Positions 12,767 to 25,019 of a DNA stretch of 64,000 nucleotides are shown here, piece by piece (position 1 is the stretch's first letter; each line of letters opens with the position of its first letter). Origin of the DNA: Vicugna vicugna. Taxonomy: Eukaryota. A program made the translations under genes and the position numbers. The stretch lies in contig MU058337.1 in assembly GCA_013265495.1 (NCBI GenBank), forward strand, positions 2,634,686 through 2,698,685. The letters run 5' to 3'. The notes under the pieces were generated by a model. It saw nothing but the letters and a program-made list of their open reading frames with translations. It was not told where the DNA came from and ran no database searches.

Positions 12767-13989
12767 GTATGTATGAGTGTGCCTGTGCGTTTATCTGCAT
12801 TGTATCCACACAGTCACATGTTAAATAAAACAGCTGTAGTATTTCTGTGTATTACAGCTCTTCTTTCTTTGCTTTAAACGTTCTCAGTAGAGGAAATGAG
12901 CTGATTAGCCTTCAAGAGCCAAGGTTCAATTGAAAGGCAGGAAACTGTAGAAGAATATGTGCTCAGACAGAGCTGGTTTGTCTCACCACACCTACCCCTG
13001 TGAGAATAAACAAAGATCCTTCAGACTAGGGGGAAGTGGAAAGGAAAACTGCAGGCTAAATAACAGGCAAGGATGCTGAGAAGGGGTCTTGCTTCGTACC
13101 CTGCTCTTTTGGGGGCTGGGTTTGAACTTTAAGAAGCGAGAACCCAGTTTATTCGGGGCATTTGTGTATTGAAGTTTTTCTGCCTTCAGTTCCCCATCAA
13201 AGAGTACTCCTCACTGTCTTGACGTGCAAAATAGACAATATGACTTAATCTTTCAGAAACATAAATGCAAATCAGAGGAGATTGAATGGGAAGGGAGGAG
13301 TCCTAAATTGGCAGAGCTTACATGATAAAGTTTGAAAGGCACTGACCTGACTGAATTTTCCTGATTGTTAGCAAACGTTTTCTGGTAGTAGACAACATGG
13401 GGCTCGAATAAGAAGTAAACAGTGTGATAGAAAAATAAAAATAAAGAGTTAAAAGTCATGCAGAACTAATGTTGGTGGCCTAGAGTAAGTTCCTAGAGTC
13501 CTATTTCAATCGAGAACATATTTGTACATTCTGCCATTACCATTCAAATTTTCTTCTATATGTAGTGAAATTATATGAAATGGGATACAAAATAAAGAAA
13601 AGTTTCTGCAAAATGAAATATGTCATAATGAGAAGCACTATAATAGATTCCTAACCCCTACAGGAGAAAATCCTTCATAAAACATATTGAATGATGTTGA
13701 TTTTGGCCATCAATTTAGAAAATGCGATTCTAAGTTCACAGAGAAATGCTTGACGTGCCTACTTAAGAATGTGCATCCATCAGGAAATTGGAAACACACC
13801 CTTATTCTCATTAGCAGCACGATTCCTACCTCTCTCCATTGCCCACCACCCACAAAAGAAAGGAAGGATTGCTTGTTGATCCAAAAAACATGAATCAATA
13901 AACCACAAAATAAAAATCAATCAACCAACCATCAATCAATCATACCTGTAGATTTGCTGACCTCTACTCGCTTCCTGATATGACTGCCT

Positions 13990-15745
13990 TCCCTTAAGGC
14001 TTCAGCACATGTTCATAGATTTCTCCTTACCCTCGCTGACTTCAGACCCATAGGAGTACAGTTTCCAACCTCTTGTGTTTTCCTCATCTCTCTGACTACC
14101 TTACACTCAGTTTGCTTTTTGTCTCTTTTCTTGTAGCTGCATATTCCCAAGAGGGTGTCATGCACATTTTCATCGCCAGAAATCGCAATATCCCAGAAAT
14201 TACTTCCTTATCTAGCTTAATCATTTTGACCACTCTTTAAAAAACATGCTCAGTACCCTTACTTCTCTCTCCTCCCATCACGCTTGGTCCACCAAATCCA
14301 CAAGTCTATAAATCCGACCAGCTGAGACTCGATGTCTGCATCTGCCTTACGTAAGCAGCCAAATGTTCTTGAAGAAAATCACAGCTGGGCAACCTGAAGC
14401 CACGTGCACATTCACTGCCACCTGCCTGATAAGGAAACACAGGACAACTGACACTCCTATTTTTTTTGTAAGGAAGCGTGGTGTGCTCTCTACAATGTTT
14501 ATTACAGAAATTTACTCATCAACCCCTCCCCCATTCACTACAAACACATATATTCTTCTAAATATTTCATGGGACCTACAGATACTAAAACGTTTCTCAT
14601 CGCCATCTGACATTCAGATTTCACTTGTATTTTCACTTGCTAAATTTGGCAGCATTGCCATGACTTCCTCTGAAAAGTGGAAAGAGATGTTGACATTGTC
14701 TGGAAACGCCCTCCCCTACTTGTGACCACACTTTCTGGGTCCCCGCACTAAGTCTCTTCCTTCCTTTTTATTTCTACAGAAAAAAAAAATTGAGTATTTT
14801 ATGATCAAAGGGCAATACTTTACCATGAACTTGAGATCCTATACCCCTGTCCTTTGATGATCCTTCATACATTAAAGCATCGTATTGTGTGGGATCATTC
14901 CCCTCAGACCACATTTGATTTGTATCTTCTGTTATAAAACCACACCCAGTAAAATAAGAGACTGTAGGTTGTTCACACCTCTTCAATTGCCCTTAATAGT
15001 AAGATGCATGTTTTCTCCACTCCCACATCCTTTCCTTTTCCCATGATTTCTGTCTCCATGCTCTTTATGTAATCTCCTGACTCCTCCAGGCTGAACATCA
15101 AAACATCTCCTCTGCTTCGGCCATGTCAGCTCTCCCTGAGGTATTAGAGCTACGAATATGCTGGTGACACCAAGTTTTATGTCTCCAGCTCTCCTGAGTT
15201 CCTGCTTATTTAACCAATATCAACATTTAAATGCTTCACAAATACCACAAACTGAAAACATCCAAATAAAACTCTTCCCTTTTCCCGAAAGTTGTTTCTT
15301 AAAAAAAAATAGTTCCCACTGGAAGGAGGTCACTACTGGCTCCTTGTCTCACTCACCCCCCAGCCAGTGGATCATTGGACCGTGTGCTCCCACACTGGGG
15401 ACTGAAGTCGGGGGACGGTTTTTGAATCAGTAGGAGGCTTTGCCCAAGCGCTTCCCTCTGACCTTTCCTGGCTCTTTCTGGATGTCTATTTCTTATGTTT
15501 CAGCCTTCAGTTCAAATGTTAAGTCCTTAGTAAACCTTCCTGGACTACTTTAGGAAAAAAAAAAAAAATCTGTTTCCATTTTTCTGTCACCACGGTCCTA
15601 TTCATATTCTTATCATTTTGCCTTTCTATTTAATCGTCTGTCTCCTCCACGAGGCTACTATTTAATTCACTACTGAGTTCCTTGCAGTTTGCAGCACAAG
15701 TGGGACGTAAGAAACATGAAATAAATAACAGTTGAATAAATGAAA
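13990..15745 (+). mobile_element. Fragmented L2 LINE
   Basis: Pyrimidine-rich body with L2-like blocks (gcagcc...gaagaaaatcaca; ctctcctgag...aacatccaaataaaactc), ending in an L2 tail (gttgaataaatgaa) near 15745. Confidence 0.55.
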
Positions 15746-18700
15746 AAAATACATCAATAAATAATTTGTGGGGAATATTTTTAAATTTAAGATGGAATTA
15801 TTTCTCAAATCAGCAAAATTTTATCATGGATTATAAAATATAAAAAATAATTAAAATACGAAAATGCTAAGCATATATCTTAATGATATATAATAATATC
15901 TTCTGCCATTGGGCTAATATATGGCACAAAGTTTACCAAATATTAGATTACAGTGTTTATTTAGGTCCTAAATAAAGTAACTCAATAAGCTAAGATGAAG
16001 AGTTAAAGAAATCTAATGAGAAAAAAATTGCATCTATTAAAGTGATAATTTTGAGCTTTTAATTAAATTGTTGAGGGTATATTTCATTATGAAAGTAAAT
16101 TGTCTAGAAGCCAGTGTTTTACTTCTGAGGCACATTTGGGGTTGTTTTTGTGAAGCCTTACATAAATTTATTGTTCTGTGATTACATCAGCTAATATCAC
16201 CACCATAATTATTTACAGTTTATTAATCATTACTGAACAATTAAAAAGATTTAATAGCCCATTTCTCATTAACTGATCTTTTGCATAAGAATAAGAAATT
16301 TGTTTCCCCTTTTATAATAACACATTCTGAAAGAACTCCATCCAACTCTCAAATAATAAAAGTAGAAAGAGTATATAAATTTTATTTTACTCCCGAAAGT
16401 AACAAAAAATAATTAAAGATAAGTTGTTTTTATTTATTAGAACACTCCTTATTTTATTATTTTAGCATCTTTTTCTCTCTTTCTCCTTTGAAACTCCCTT
16501 CTGAAACATCCATACCACACACAACATGAGACATTTTGTTTCTCCCATCAAAGGGAGAAGTGATGGCAATCTGGTAAACAAACGGCACTGTCATTGACTG
16601 ACTTCTAGAGCTATATTGTATTGCATCAGACCATTCGAATTTTAAAGGATTATGGAAGGCAGTGGCGAATATTTAATACAGAGGAAAACCATATTACTAG
16701 CATAATTTCCAGCCTCCATGAAGGAGCTGGATTTTCTGGCTGCAGTGAAATCTGCCACAGGTTCTTGCCAACCCTGTCCAAGCAGGAAGAGCTCTCTGAT
16801 CTCAAGTCTCGAATGGGATCATTTGATTAGGTTAGGAATAAAAGATGTTATATTACTTCCTCTTACTTAATTAAAATCATCAGCCTGCTGGCTCTGCTTC
16901 CCAGAGCAAAGAACAGCTCTTCAGAGTGTATCAACTGCACCAAGTACCAGTAGACTATCACTCAGAGCGCCCTGCTTTTGATACTTTTAGCTGAACATTG
17001 CCCTTCAATTATATTGTGACTCTTGTCTGACCCTTTTGCAATTGCTCAGGCCCCTCTTCAGCCTAGAACTGAAGTCAGTCCTCGGCTAGCACAATCTGAT
17101 TTGGGCCAAGAAAGATTAAAGGGCTGCTTCACAGCTGACACTGCATACATCCATTCACATTACCTAATCAAGTACACTGTTTGGTACTAATTGTGCAATT
17201 ACATGTCATTCTTTCAGGTGATATGCATGGACCAGGCAATATGTAATGTGTAAAAGCTATAGAGATATTTATGACAAAGCCCTTGACTTGAGGAGCCTTA
17301 CAGCCCAATCGGAAAGACAAGTCCTCAACCCGAAATAAAGCCGTGTGTAGTTAAGTGCCAAGTGATGATGCCGCTGTTGGAGAGGAACGCTCCCACCAGC
17401 CATAAATTCACTGAATATTTCACCAGTATGTACTTTTAAGCAGTTGAATTTATGGAAATGACTGCCCTGTAACAAGAATTTGAAGCTTAATTCAATGTTT
17501 TTGATTAATAACCCTGCTGTCATATAACCTAATTTTGTGTTGTATTTAATATCTTCATGTCAGAGAATATATCACTGCTCCATATTTAATTTGTGAGTTC
17601 TCATAATCTGTGGTGTGCATTGTATAGCTAGGTCTACATGAAAATAAGAACATAACCCCGTGATATTCTGGTCCAATTATTTAGGAAAAAAATTGTAATT
17701 GGATGGTTTTCCATCTTTTTTTTTTTACCAGAGAAATCACATTCAATATCATTGCTTCAGTTCCATCTGCAATTAGCTCTGCTTTATTAAAAACAAACAA
17801 ACAAAAACCAAAAAACACTTAATCACTCCTTATTTTGTTTTTCTCTCAACATCTTGTAGGAGAAAATTAAATGAGTGATTTGTTTTTATATATAAAATGA
17901 GAAAACTTCTCTTCTTAAAAGAACTGATCTTGAGTCAAACCAATTACCTTAAAGCTGCAAAACTGAAATAATACCAATAATAATTATAAAATAAATTGGA
18001 ATCACACAATGAATCCTATCTTTGTAAGTGAAATTCTTAAGTCTTGGGGAAAAAATATAAACCTTCCAAGAAAGCAACTTCTATCAGAGAAGATGACAAG
18101 AGTTTTCTGCAAGATCACTCCATGGATAAATGAAGAAGGCAGCCCAATTTTTAATAGAACTGCATGAAAAATTTGATAAACAAACAAAAAGCTAAGAACA
18201 GGAAAGGTTTAATGAAAAATACATGTAGAGTGATCATTTATCTGAAGTGCAAAATATCTAGAAAATCAACTTCCCATTGACTTATATTGGCTGGGATTGA
18301 TAAATGATCAGGAAGAGAACTTGAAAGCATTTATTTGCCAGAGCTCCACATTTGAATAATTTGAAGGCAGGTAATTCTATCTCTGTAGTGGTGTCCAATT
18401 CCAGGCAAATGCAGCAACACAGACATGGATTTTCAGTTTCTCCTCCTCTCTGCTGTGGCTTTGGATGAACTTCATAAGCATTACTGGATGTCCTCAACTC
18501 AAATAGCCTTTCCCCTTGTTTCTAAGTGTTTCTCCATAGTGCTGCGGGGTATGCTGACCAGAAGGCCGCATCGATAGGACCATCAATATTGATGCAGCTC
18601 TTTTGCAGGAAATAATCCCAGAGCTTCTCAGCAGTGTGATCTTCCCCTGCTTTTTCTGCTAGGTTTTGTTTCTGATTTTCTCCTGTTGACTGGTACCCAT

Positions 18701-19744
18701 CCGTACAGCTTGCCTCGCCAGTCTGAACCCCTTCACGACGTGGAGGGCCAGAAAACATATTTACAACTAGCTCTCCAGAAAGAATAAAATGTGTGCTTGT
18801 ATATAAGTTTGTAATATCTTTCATTGACGTAAAAATAGATGCCAAGTAATTTACAAACAGTAAAAGATGTGCACCACCTTTATTGTAAATTCCATAGAGC
18901 CAATTGATTTTCACAGAAGGCTATTGTTTAGTTTTGCCCAATTTTTGTCTCTTGTGTCCATAGCTGACCTATGGTTGCAATTCAGACACGATTTGGCAAC
19001 TATTTGCCCTATTTACAAAGTAATAAGAAATGTAACACACCTCTAAGTTTACTCTGCCTTATTCACGTTTGTCTTCATTAACTTCTTAAGCCTAGGCAGT
19101 CCACAACACAAAAAGGAGCCTCAGTTTGTAGCATTTGCCAGCTTCTGTTGAAGAAACACCCCCATCACAGCCAACGTCACGCTACTGGTGTGACATCACT
19201 GAGCAGAGCTCGAGAGGCAGCTGCGGTAAGTCACATCATTTCCACTGCGGAAATAACAGGCATAAATCAAAGGTGCAGATGATGGCAATGCACAGTAAAA
19301 AATCAGGAAATAATGGGTCTTGAAGAGTTACCTTTGTTTCAGTATAATTAATTTAATTGTAGGTCTATTTACAATATGAATTTTAAAAATGGCTGTGTTA
19401 ATAACAAGCACGAAAAATTTTTTACATAAATTTACCCATCATCTCTCACAAGAGCATGTGAGCAGGTGCCCGCACACCATTGCCTCAGTGTCCCCTAAGC
19501 TCCACTCCAGTGCTGAGCCCTGAGGTATGTTCCAGCCTCCAGAGCTGATGGTCTATTTTCACTCATTCAAAAAGCTCTAGCTTCATCCGCCTCCCTAATT
19601 TCTCAGCTCCGTGTCTGTCAATGTAGGTGGAACTCCAGCTCTAAATTCCCTGTCGTTCAGCGGGGCTGCGTCTACCAGGCACTGCTTTCGGGTCCATCCC
19701 TGTCTCCTCCCCTCAGCATTGGCTCACCCCGCAAAAAGAAACAC

Positions 19745-19935
19745 ACATGAAACTTGACTTCGAGCTGACTTGGATTTGAGTCCCATCTCTCTCATGCACA
19801 ACTCTGTGACCTTGGGTAAGATACTGAATATCTCTGAGGCTCCATTTCCTCATCTGTGAAATGGAGAGAATCGTGGAAGCCTATAGAATTTTGGTTAGAA
19901 TTAACATAGGCGATGCTCATAGAAAGTGCTCGTGA
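19745..19935 (+). mobile_element. MIR SINE
   Basis: Clear MIR core: ctgtgaccttgggtaag...tctctgaggctccatttcctcatctgtgaaatgg. Confidence 0.8.
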
Positions 19936-19959
19936 AGGTAAGATGCAGCCTCCTCTCTC

Positions 19960-20315
19960 TCCCGCCGCTTATTTGGAACTCCGGTCCCGCAGACAGGTGG
20001 GCAGGTCCGGGAGACTTGAGAGGACCCTTCACAGCCGTCCAGCGCCTTCTGCCCTCAGCCGCTGCCTGAAAGGCTGAGCCCACCCCTCAGCGCGCTCCTC
20101 GCTGACGGCGCTGCTCTCTCTTACTGGCTGCGCGTTTCACGTTCCGATGTATCTCCCGTGAGGCGCTGGCCTGTGGCTTCCACACAGGTCTTTCCTGGTT
20201 CTCTGCCCACTTAGTGCGTGGCTCCGAGCCTTCGTGAAGCTGACTTCGTGTAGCTGGTTCTAGATACGCACGTTTCCCAGCCATCGCTCCTGCCCTGGTT
20301 TGTGGTACGAACGTT
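19960..20315. promoter_or_regulatory. Small CpG-rich segment (orphan CpG-island-like)
   Basis: About 28 CpG in about 355 bp by manual count, in an otherwise CpG-poor window. Regulatory function is inferred only. Confidence 0.4.
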
Positions 20316-20459
20316 CCCTAATGTCTGCAACACTGAGCTTCTCTGTCCATTCTTCCCCAGCCCCAACTTCCCACCCCTTTCTTCTGTTGACTTTCTCTTG
20401 AGGCAGCTTTCCAAAATTTTCCATTGCAGCCCTGGTAATACAGGGCACATTTGGACAAG

Positions 20460-20645
20460 AAATGGCATGCGGCAAAGCACCAGAGCAGAGGTCAGGAGAA
20501 TGAGATCTTGGTTCTGATTTTGACAGTAACTAGCTGTTTGACTTTGGAGAAATCAATAAACTGCTCAAAGCCACAGTTCCTTCAATCTAAAATGAGGCGT
20601 AAGATTTCTCTAGGGGCCTCCCAGATCTAAAGTTTAATGATTCCA
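20460..20645 (+). mobile_element. MIR SINE (MIR3/MIRc-like)
   Basis: gtcaggaga...ggttctg...actagctgtttgactttgg...cagttccttcaatctaaaatgagg...tgattc. Confidence 0.65.
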
Positions 20646-21557
20646 TGATTCTCATTTCACTCTTGCTTTCAGCAATAGCCGCGGACTGGAAATATTGCCT
20701 CTCCCAGGCTGTTGCTGGAGCAACCTGTTATCTGTAGGAGCAACCCCAGCTCCTTGGCTTTATGTTGTCCAGAAGCCCATCAGCTACAGAAGCGGGTATG
20801 GAAAAACGATGCCTCAGAATCTGAGGATGGGAGTAAACAATAACTTCTTCTAATCTTAAAAGATGAATTTATGTTTTATTTACTTTTATAAATAAATGTT
20901 TTATTTAACCGCTTACAAATTGGTAAACACTGTGAATACTGGTCAGGTAGAGTGTCACCCTGGAAGCTGCAACCATGATTTACATCTCAGACACGAAAGT
21001 TATACTCATGTTTGCTGAAAACATCATCTGACTGAATTAGGCAAAACTAGTGATAATCGTAATGATAATAAATGAATAACACTGAATAAAATATAAAATC
21101 AAATCGATTCTTTAACACATTTTATTTTCTCTTTACATCTAAAAGAACAAGGAGTGACGTAAGCTACTGAGCTGTGTCTACTGTCCACCAGCAGCCTCCC
21201 TGGTACATAATTCATTGTGTCCTGTATTCATCGATGTCTTTCTTACGTTATCTGAATGTTTATATTGATATTATTGATTATTACTCCTTAATTAAATCTT
21301 TCTTCTTTGAGATTTTCATCAACACACGCTCCTTTTACTTTTTATAATAGCGTAAATGCTGCCCCTCTTCCTTTGCCGATGTCTGATTTTCCAAGGCTAC
21401 GAATCCTCAAGGTTCTACTGCAGGGCTTCTCATTTCCTCGCTCTGCTCTTTTTCCCTGGGTGAGCAGGTCCACCCCCAAAGTTCCAGTTACCTCAACGGG
21501 CTGGTAATTCTCACATATGTTCTTTGGTACCAATATACATACATAATATACATTTTA

Positions 21558-21695
21558 CTATTTTTTTTATTGAAGTACAGTCAGTTACCATGTGTCAGTT
21601 TCTGGTGACAGCACAATGTCCCAGTTGTGCATATACATACATATATTCTTTTACATAGAGTTTCTCATTAAAGGTTATTACAAGATATTGAATAT
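21558..21695 (-). mobile_element. Young 5'-truncated L1 3' end (cetartiodactyl/camelid-type) with 16-bp TSD
   Basis: Poly(T) followed by attgaagtacagtcagtta...ttacaagatattgaatat. Perfect TSD cataatatacatttta at 21542-21557 and 21696-21711. Confidence 0.9.
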
Positions 21696-21765
21696 CATAA
21701 TATACATTTTATATGCACACAGACACATCTATAGTCTGATTGTATGTGTGTAAATGTGTGTATGA

Positions 21766-21795
21766 ATATATATATATATAGTATATATATATATA
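21766..21795. repeat. Interrupted (TA)n microsatellite
   Basis: Seen directly. Confidence 0.9.
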
Positions 21796-22577
21796 CACAC
21801 TCTTTACAGCAATATTCTGCTTCCTGACTTTACATGTCTTTTAGAACTTGCCTAAATCCACCTCTCCCAGAGCCTCATTTTCTCTGATGTCCTCTGTGTC
21901 TATGCAGTAACTTAATTTCATTCTTGATCTCTTTTTCCATTCTTCCCTCGTATTTCATCAGTCAGTATTGCATTGGTCTTTCAAACATGTATTGTCTTTT
22001 GCATCTCCACTCCGATTCCTCTAGTGGGAATTACCATCGGGTAAGGTAGTAGACTACTAACATGACTCCCTGTTTCAGGTCTGGCCCCCACCCCCACAGT
22101 CCAGCCCCTGACTGCCGCCAGAGTGAACGTCTCCATATGTGGTTCCGCCAAGCCCTCTTGTGTTCCCCTTGACCTCGGCCTATATGGACTTACTTATCTT
22201 GTTTATATGGGATTTTAGGATTTACATGTCAAATTTCCACCTGCTGCTCAATGCTCGGGGAATAGGAATCAATTATAATTCCTCAACAAGTCTCCTTTAC
22301 GCCTTTAAGAGCTTTTACAATCTCCTCCTGCTAACTGAATCATTCTTCTTTTTACCTTCCTCTTGTGATTTATAATTCAATCTTGGCTTAGACACCATGT
22401 CGGTATTTCCAGAAAGCTCTTCTGGCCACCCTAAAGAGGGATTGTGTATCCTTCTCAGCACCCCTGTTGCACTAATTTCTCAGCATTGTAGCTTCCTAGT
22501 TAATCACAATCCTCCCTACATGATAATAGCTTTAAGAGCAAATGGTGTTTGTAGCTTGTCTACAGTTGTATCTCCAG

Positions 22578-22749
22578 TAAATCTGGCAAATTTAGCAGAT
22601 CGACAGAAAAGAAATCCATTCAAAGTTGAAGTTCAGATAAGTAACAATTGTTTTTATGTCCCAATATATTTAGGTAAGACACTAAAAAATTTGGCTGTTA
22701 CTTGAAACTTAGATTTAACTGGGCATTTTGTATTTGCTTGACAGTCTTA
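22578..22749. mobile_element. MER53 hAT-type MITE
   Basis: Quasi-palindromic (atttagca...ttgaagttcagataa...atttaactgggc...tgtattt). Flanked by the 8-bp hAT-type TSD atctccag (22570-22577) / atatccag (22750-22757). Confidence 0.85.
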
Positions 22750-23764
22750 ATATCCAGATCTTGAAGAACATGTTCATCACCTGCCGGTTGTTCAATAAAT
22801 ATTAAATAATACTAAACAGAAATAGAATTATTGTAACATTTCACTCTATTTCTTCAAAAATGTCATGATACAATTTAATACACTCATTTTGGGGAGTTAG
22901 CAATGAGTTTCCTTTGCTTTGTTTGACAGTGGAGTCGTGTTAAGACTGCTGTGAGAGTGCCTGTGTGTATGTCAGCTGTGATGTGAGCACTGAAATGTAT
23001 GCTTGTGTCCAAGCTGTTACTAGAGGATTCAGGGACCATGTCTGCGTGTGTGTGTTTTGTTTTGGGTTTGCTTTTGTTTCTTTCCATAGGTCAGAGGTAG
23101 GGTCAGTCTAAACTTGCCGAGGACAGCTTTCCTGAGGTTTGCACTTCTCGTATCCTCCCCTTGAACATTTCTCTCCATTGCACAGCTGCGGTCAGAAATG
23201 CTCCAATTGCTGACAGAGGAGAGAACCAGGGCCATCTGGCCCCGACCTGGAAGCAGGCTCTGGGGAGCAGAGCACTGTTTCCTCACTTTCCACTCTGTCA
23301 CTTTGATGCATGAAGCCTAAAATCTCATAAAGACGTGCCTTGATTTCCTCTGAATTATTGTGGAAGAAAATGGAAAGAGTTTTTTTTTTTTTCAATTTTG
23401 TATCTTTAATATTTACTTGATTTTGTTGTGTTATGACTTGAAGTTTACTCCACAGAGTCTAATTTAAGGGAAAAAAAATGAAAAAGACTAAATATAGCGG
23501 ATGACCTCCACCCATAATATGAGTAAAATGACTTAAATTAACGAGAGGAATATTCATAAATCTTAATGCATATATACACACGGACTGTATCTTTTCAAAT
23601 TTGCGCAAATTATGTTGGTCGGCTTGTTTGTTTCCGTCTGTGATAAGCACTAATGTTAAAACAAAAGTGGGTAGTTACTTTCCTGTGAGGCAGCAGAAAT
23701 AATTGATAAAAGAACTCTTGATGTTTGCCTTTCTACAAAAGAAATGAAATAATGGGGGGACAAA

Positions 23765-24530
23765 AAAGAGAAATGAAGACAAACTGTGAGAATCAACTTT
23801 TTCAGAATTCTGGAAACTATCCAAAAGTTTGCAGCAACCAAGGAGAATTCATTCAAGAAAACTGGCTGGACCTTGGCAAGAACAGAGAGCTCTGTGTCAT
23901 TTTAACTTACCCCAGTCTCATGTCCCAATTCCCAGCTTAGCAGTGGCCATGAAGATGACAGCCTGGATTCCACGACAGGTACAGGAGGAGCAGAATTGTC
24001 CTCATCTGCAAAGAATTCTATGTATTTATATTTGTTTCCATGTATTTATTTGGTTGTTTATTGCTTGCTGGTGGCTATATCCAAAAGATTGCCTCAGAAT
24101 GTTTGTCTTTAGCTGACCTGACTCGCAATTTACCCAGTGCTAAAGTTGCTACCTGTGAGCATCTGTCCAAAACACACACAGAATCATGTTTTTGTCACTG
24201 CTGCCTGAGGCAATGGATAACAGTTGGAACAAACAATTGACTAAACAAAAAGATTATGGGGAAATGTTGGGGAGTGAGATGCATTGGAGAATAAGGGCTT
24301 TGGAAAGCCCCAACACATTCCTCAGGATCAAGGAGGCCACATACCTGCCATGCTGCCATAGGTATGCTCAGCAAAGACCTGAGAAGGCCCTCAGCTCCCA
24401 CCTCTGGTTGACTTTGAAGCTCTGCACAAGGGAGCAGTGAAGGCCAAGGCAGAGTTGTCACCTCCCTGGCTGAGTGCCCAGGCTGTGTGCTCTAATGCAC
24501 ACACAGAGGACCTCTGCAAAGACTGGGATA
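23765..24530 (+). mobile_element. Old L1 5' UTR (L1MD/L1MC-like)
   Basis: aactgtgagaatcaacttt...ttcaagaaaa...aagacctgagaaggccct...cacctctgg...aaggcagagttgt...gcaaagactggga resembles the L1M-class 5' end. Confidence 0.7.
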
Positions 24531-24549
24531 TTTTTGTTGACACTTTCTA

Positions 24550-24870
24550 AGTCATTCCATGAATTCAACATTACCCCGATATCAGACAGATGAAGATGTC
24601 ACAAGGAAAGGAAACTACAGACCAACATTCATCACTAATATACATGCCAGAAACCTATACGAAATACTGGTACGCCAAATCCAGGAGCCGTATTGAAAGG
24701 ATTACACACCATAATCAGGTGGGATTTATCTCAGGAATGCTAGGTTTGTCTGACATCCAAAAATCAATGAGTGCAATATGCTATATTAACAGAGTGAAAA
24801 AACAAAAACACATGATCATTTCAATTGATACAAAACATTCATTTGGCAAAATCCAGCACCCTTTCATGGT
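24550..24870 (+). mobile_element. L1 ORF2 reverse-transcriptase fragment (degenerate)
   Basis: ORF 24590..24883 contains ITHHNQVGFISGMLG...KHMIISIDTKHSFGKIQHPFM, matching L1 ORF2 IIHHDQVGFIPGMQG...[21 protein letters not shown]. Confidence 0.92.
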
Positions 24871-25019
24871 GCTCTGCCATTAAACGGAAATGGTACACCT
24901 CTGATAAATTGACTCTGTGAACAAGTAGTTATCTTGCTGGATGGTCTAAATGTCCCATAGCAGGTGTTCTGGCCCCTCACTTAGTCAAGCTGGGCCCAGG
25001 GTTTGAAGATGTTATAACT

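Larger units (their letters stand above)
12100..12800 (+). mobile_element. L2 LINE 3' region, interrupted by microsatellites
   Basis: catctaatccatcaacaaa...cttcaaaata...ccagaatctgac...gccagagtgatctttcaaa...cagatcacg are characteristic L2 3' motifs. Confidence 0.7.
21390..22810 (+). mobile_element. Fragmented L2 LINE hosting a young L1, a (TA)n tract and a MER53
   Basis: L2-like blocks (cctcaaggttct...tccctgggtga; gccagagtga) and a tail (ttcaataaatatt) near 22800. Confidence 0.6.

Noticed and set aside
5570..24870. Two opposite-strand L1 RT fragments as halves of one inverted element
   Set aside because: They cover the same part of ORF2, so they are independent copies rather than complementary pieces.
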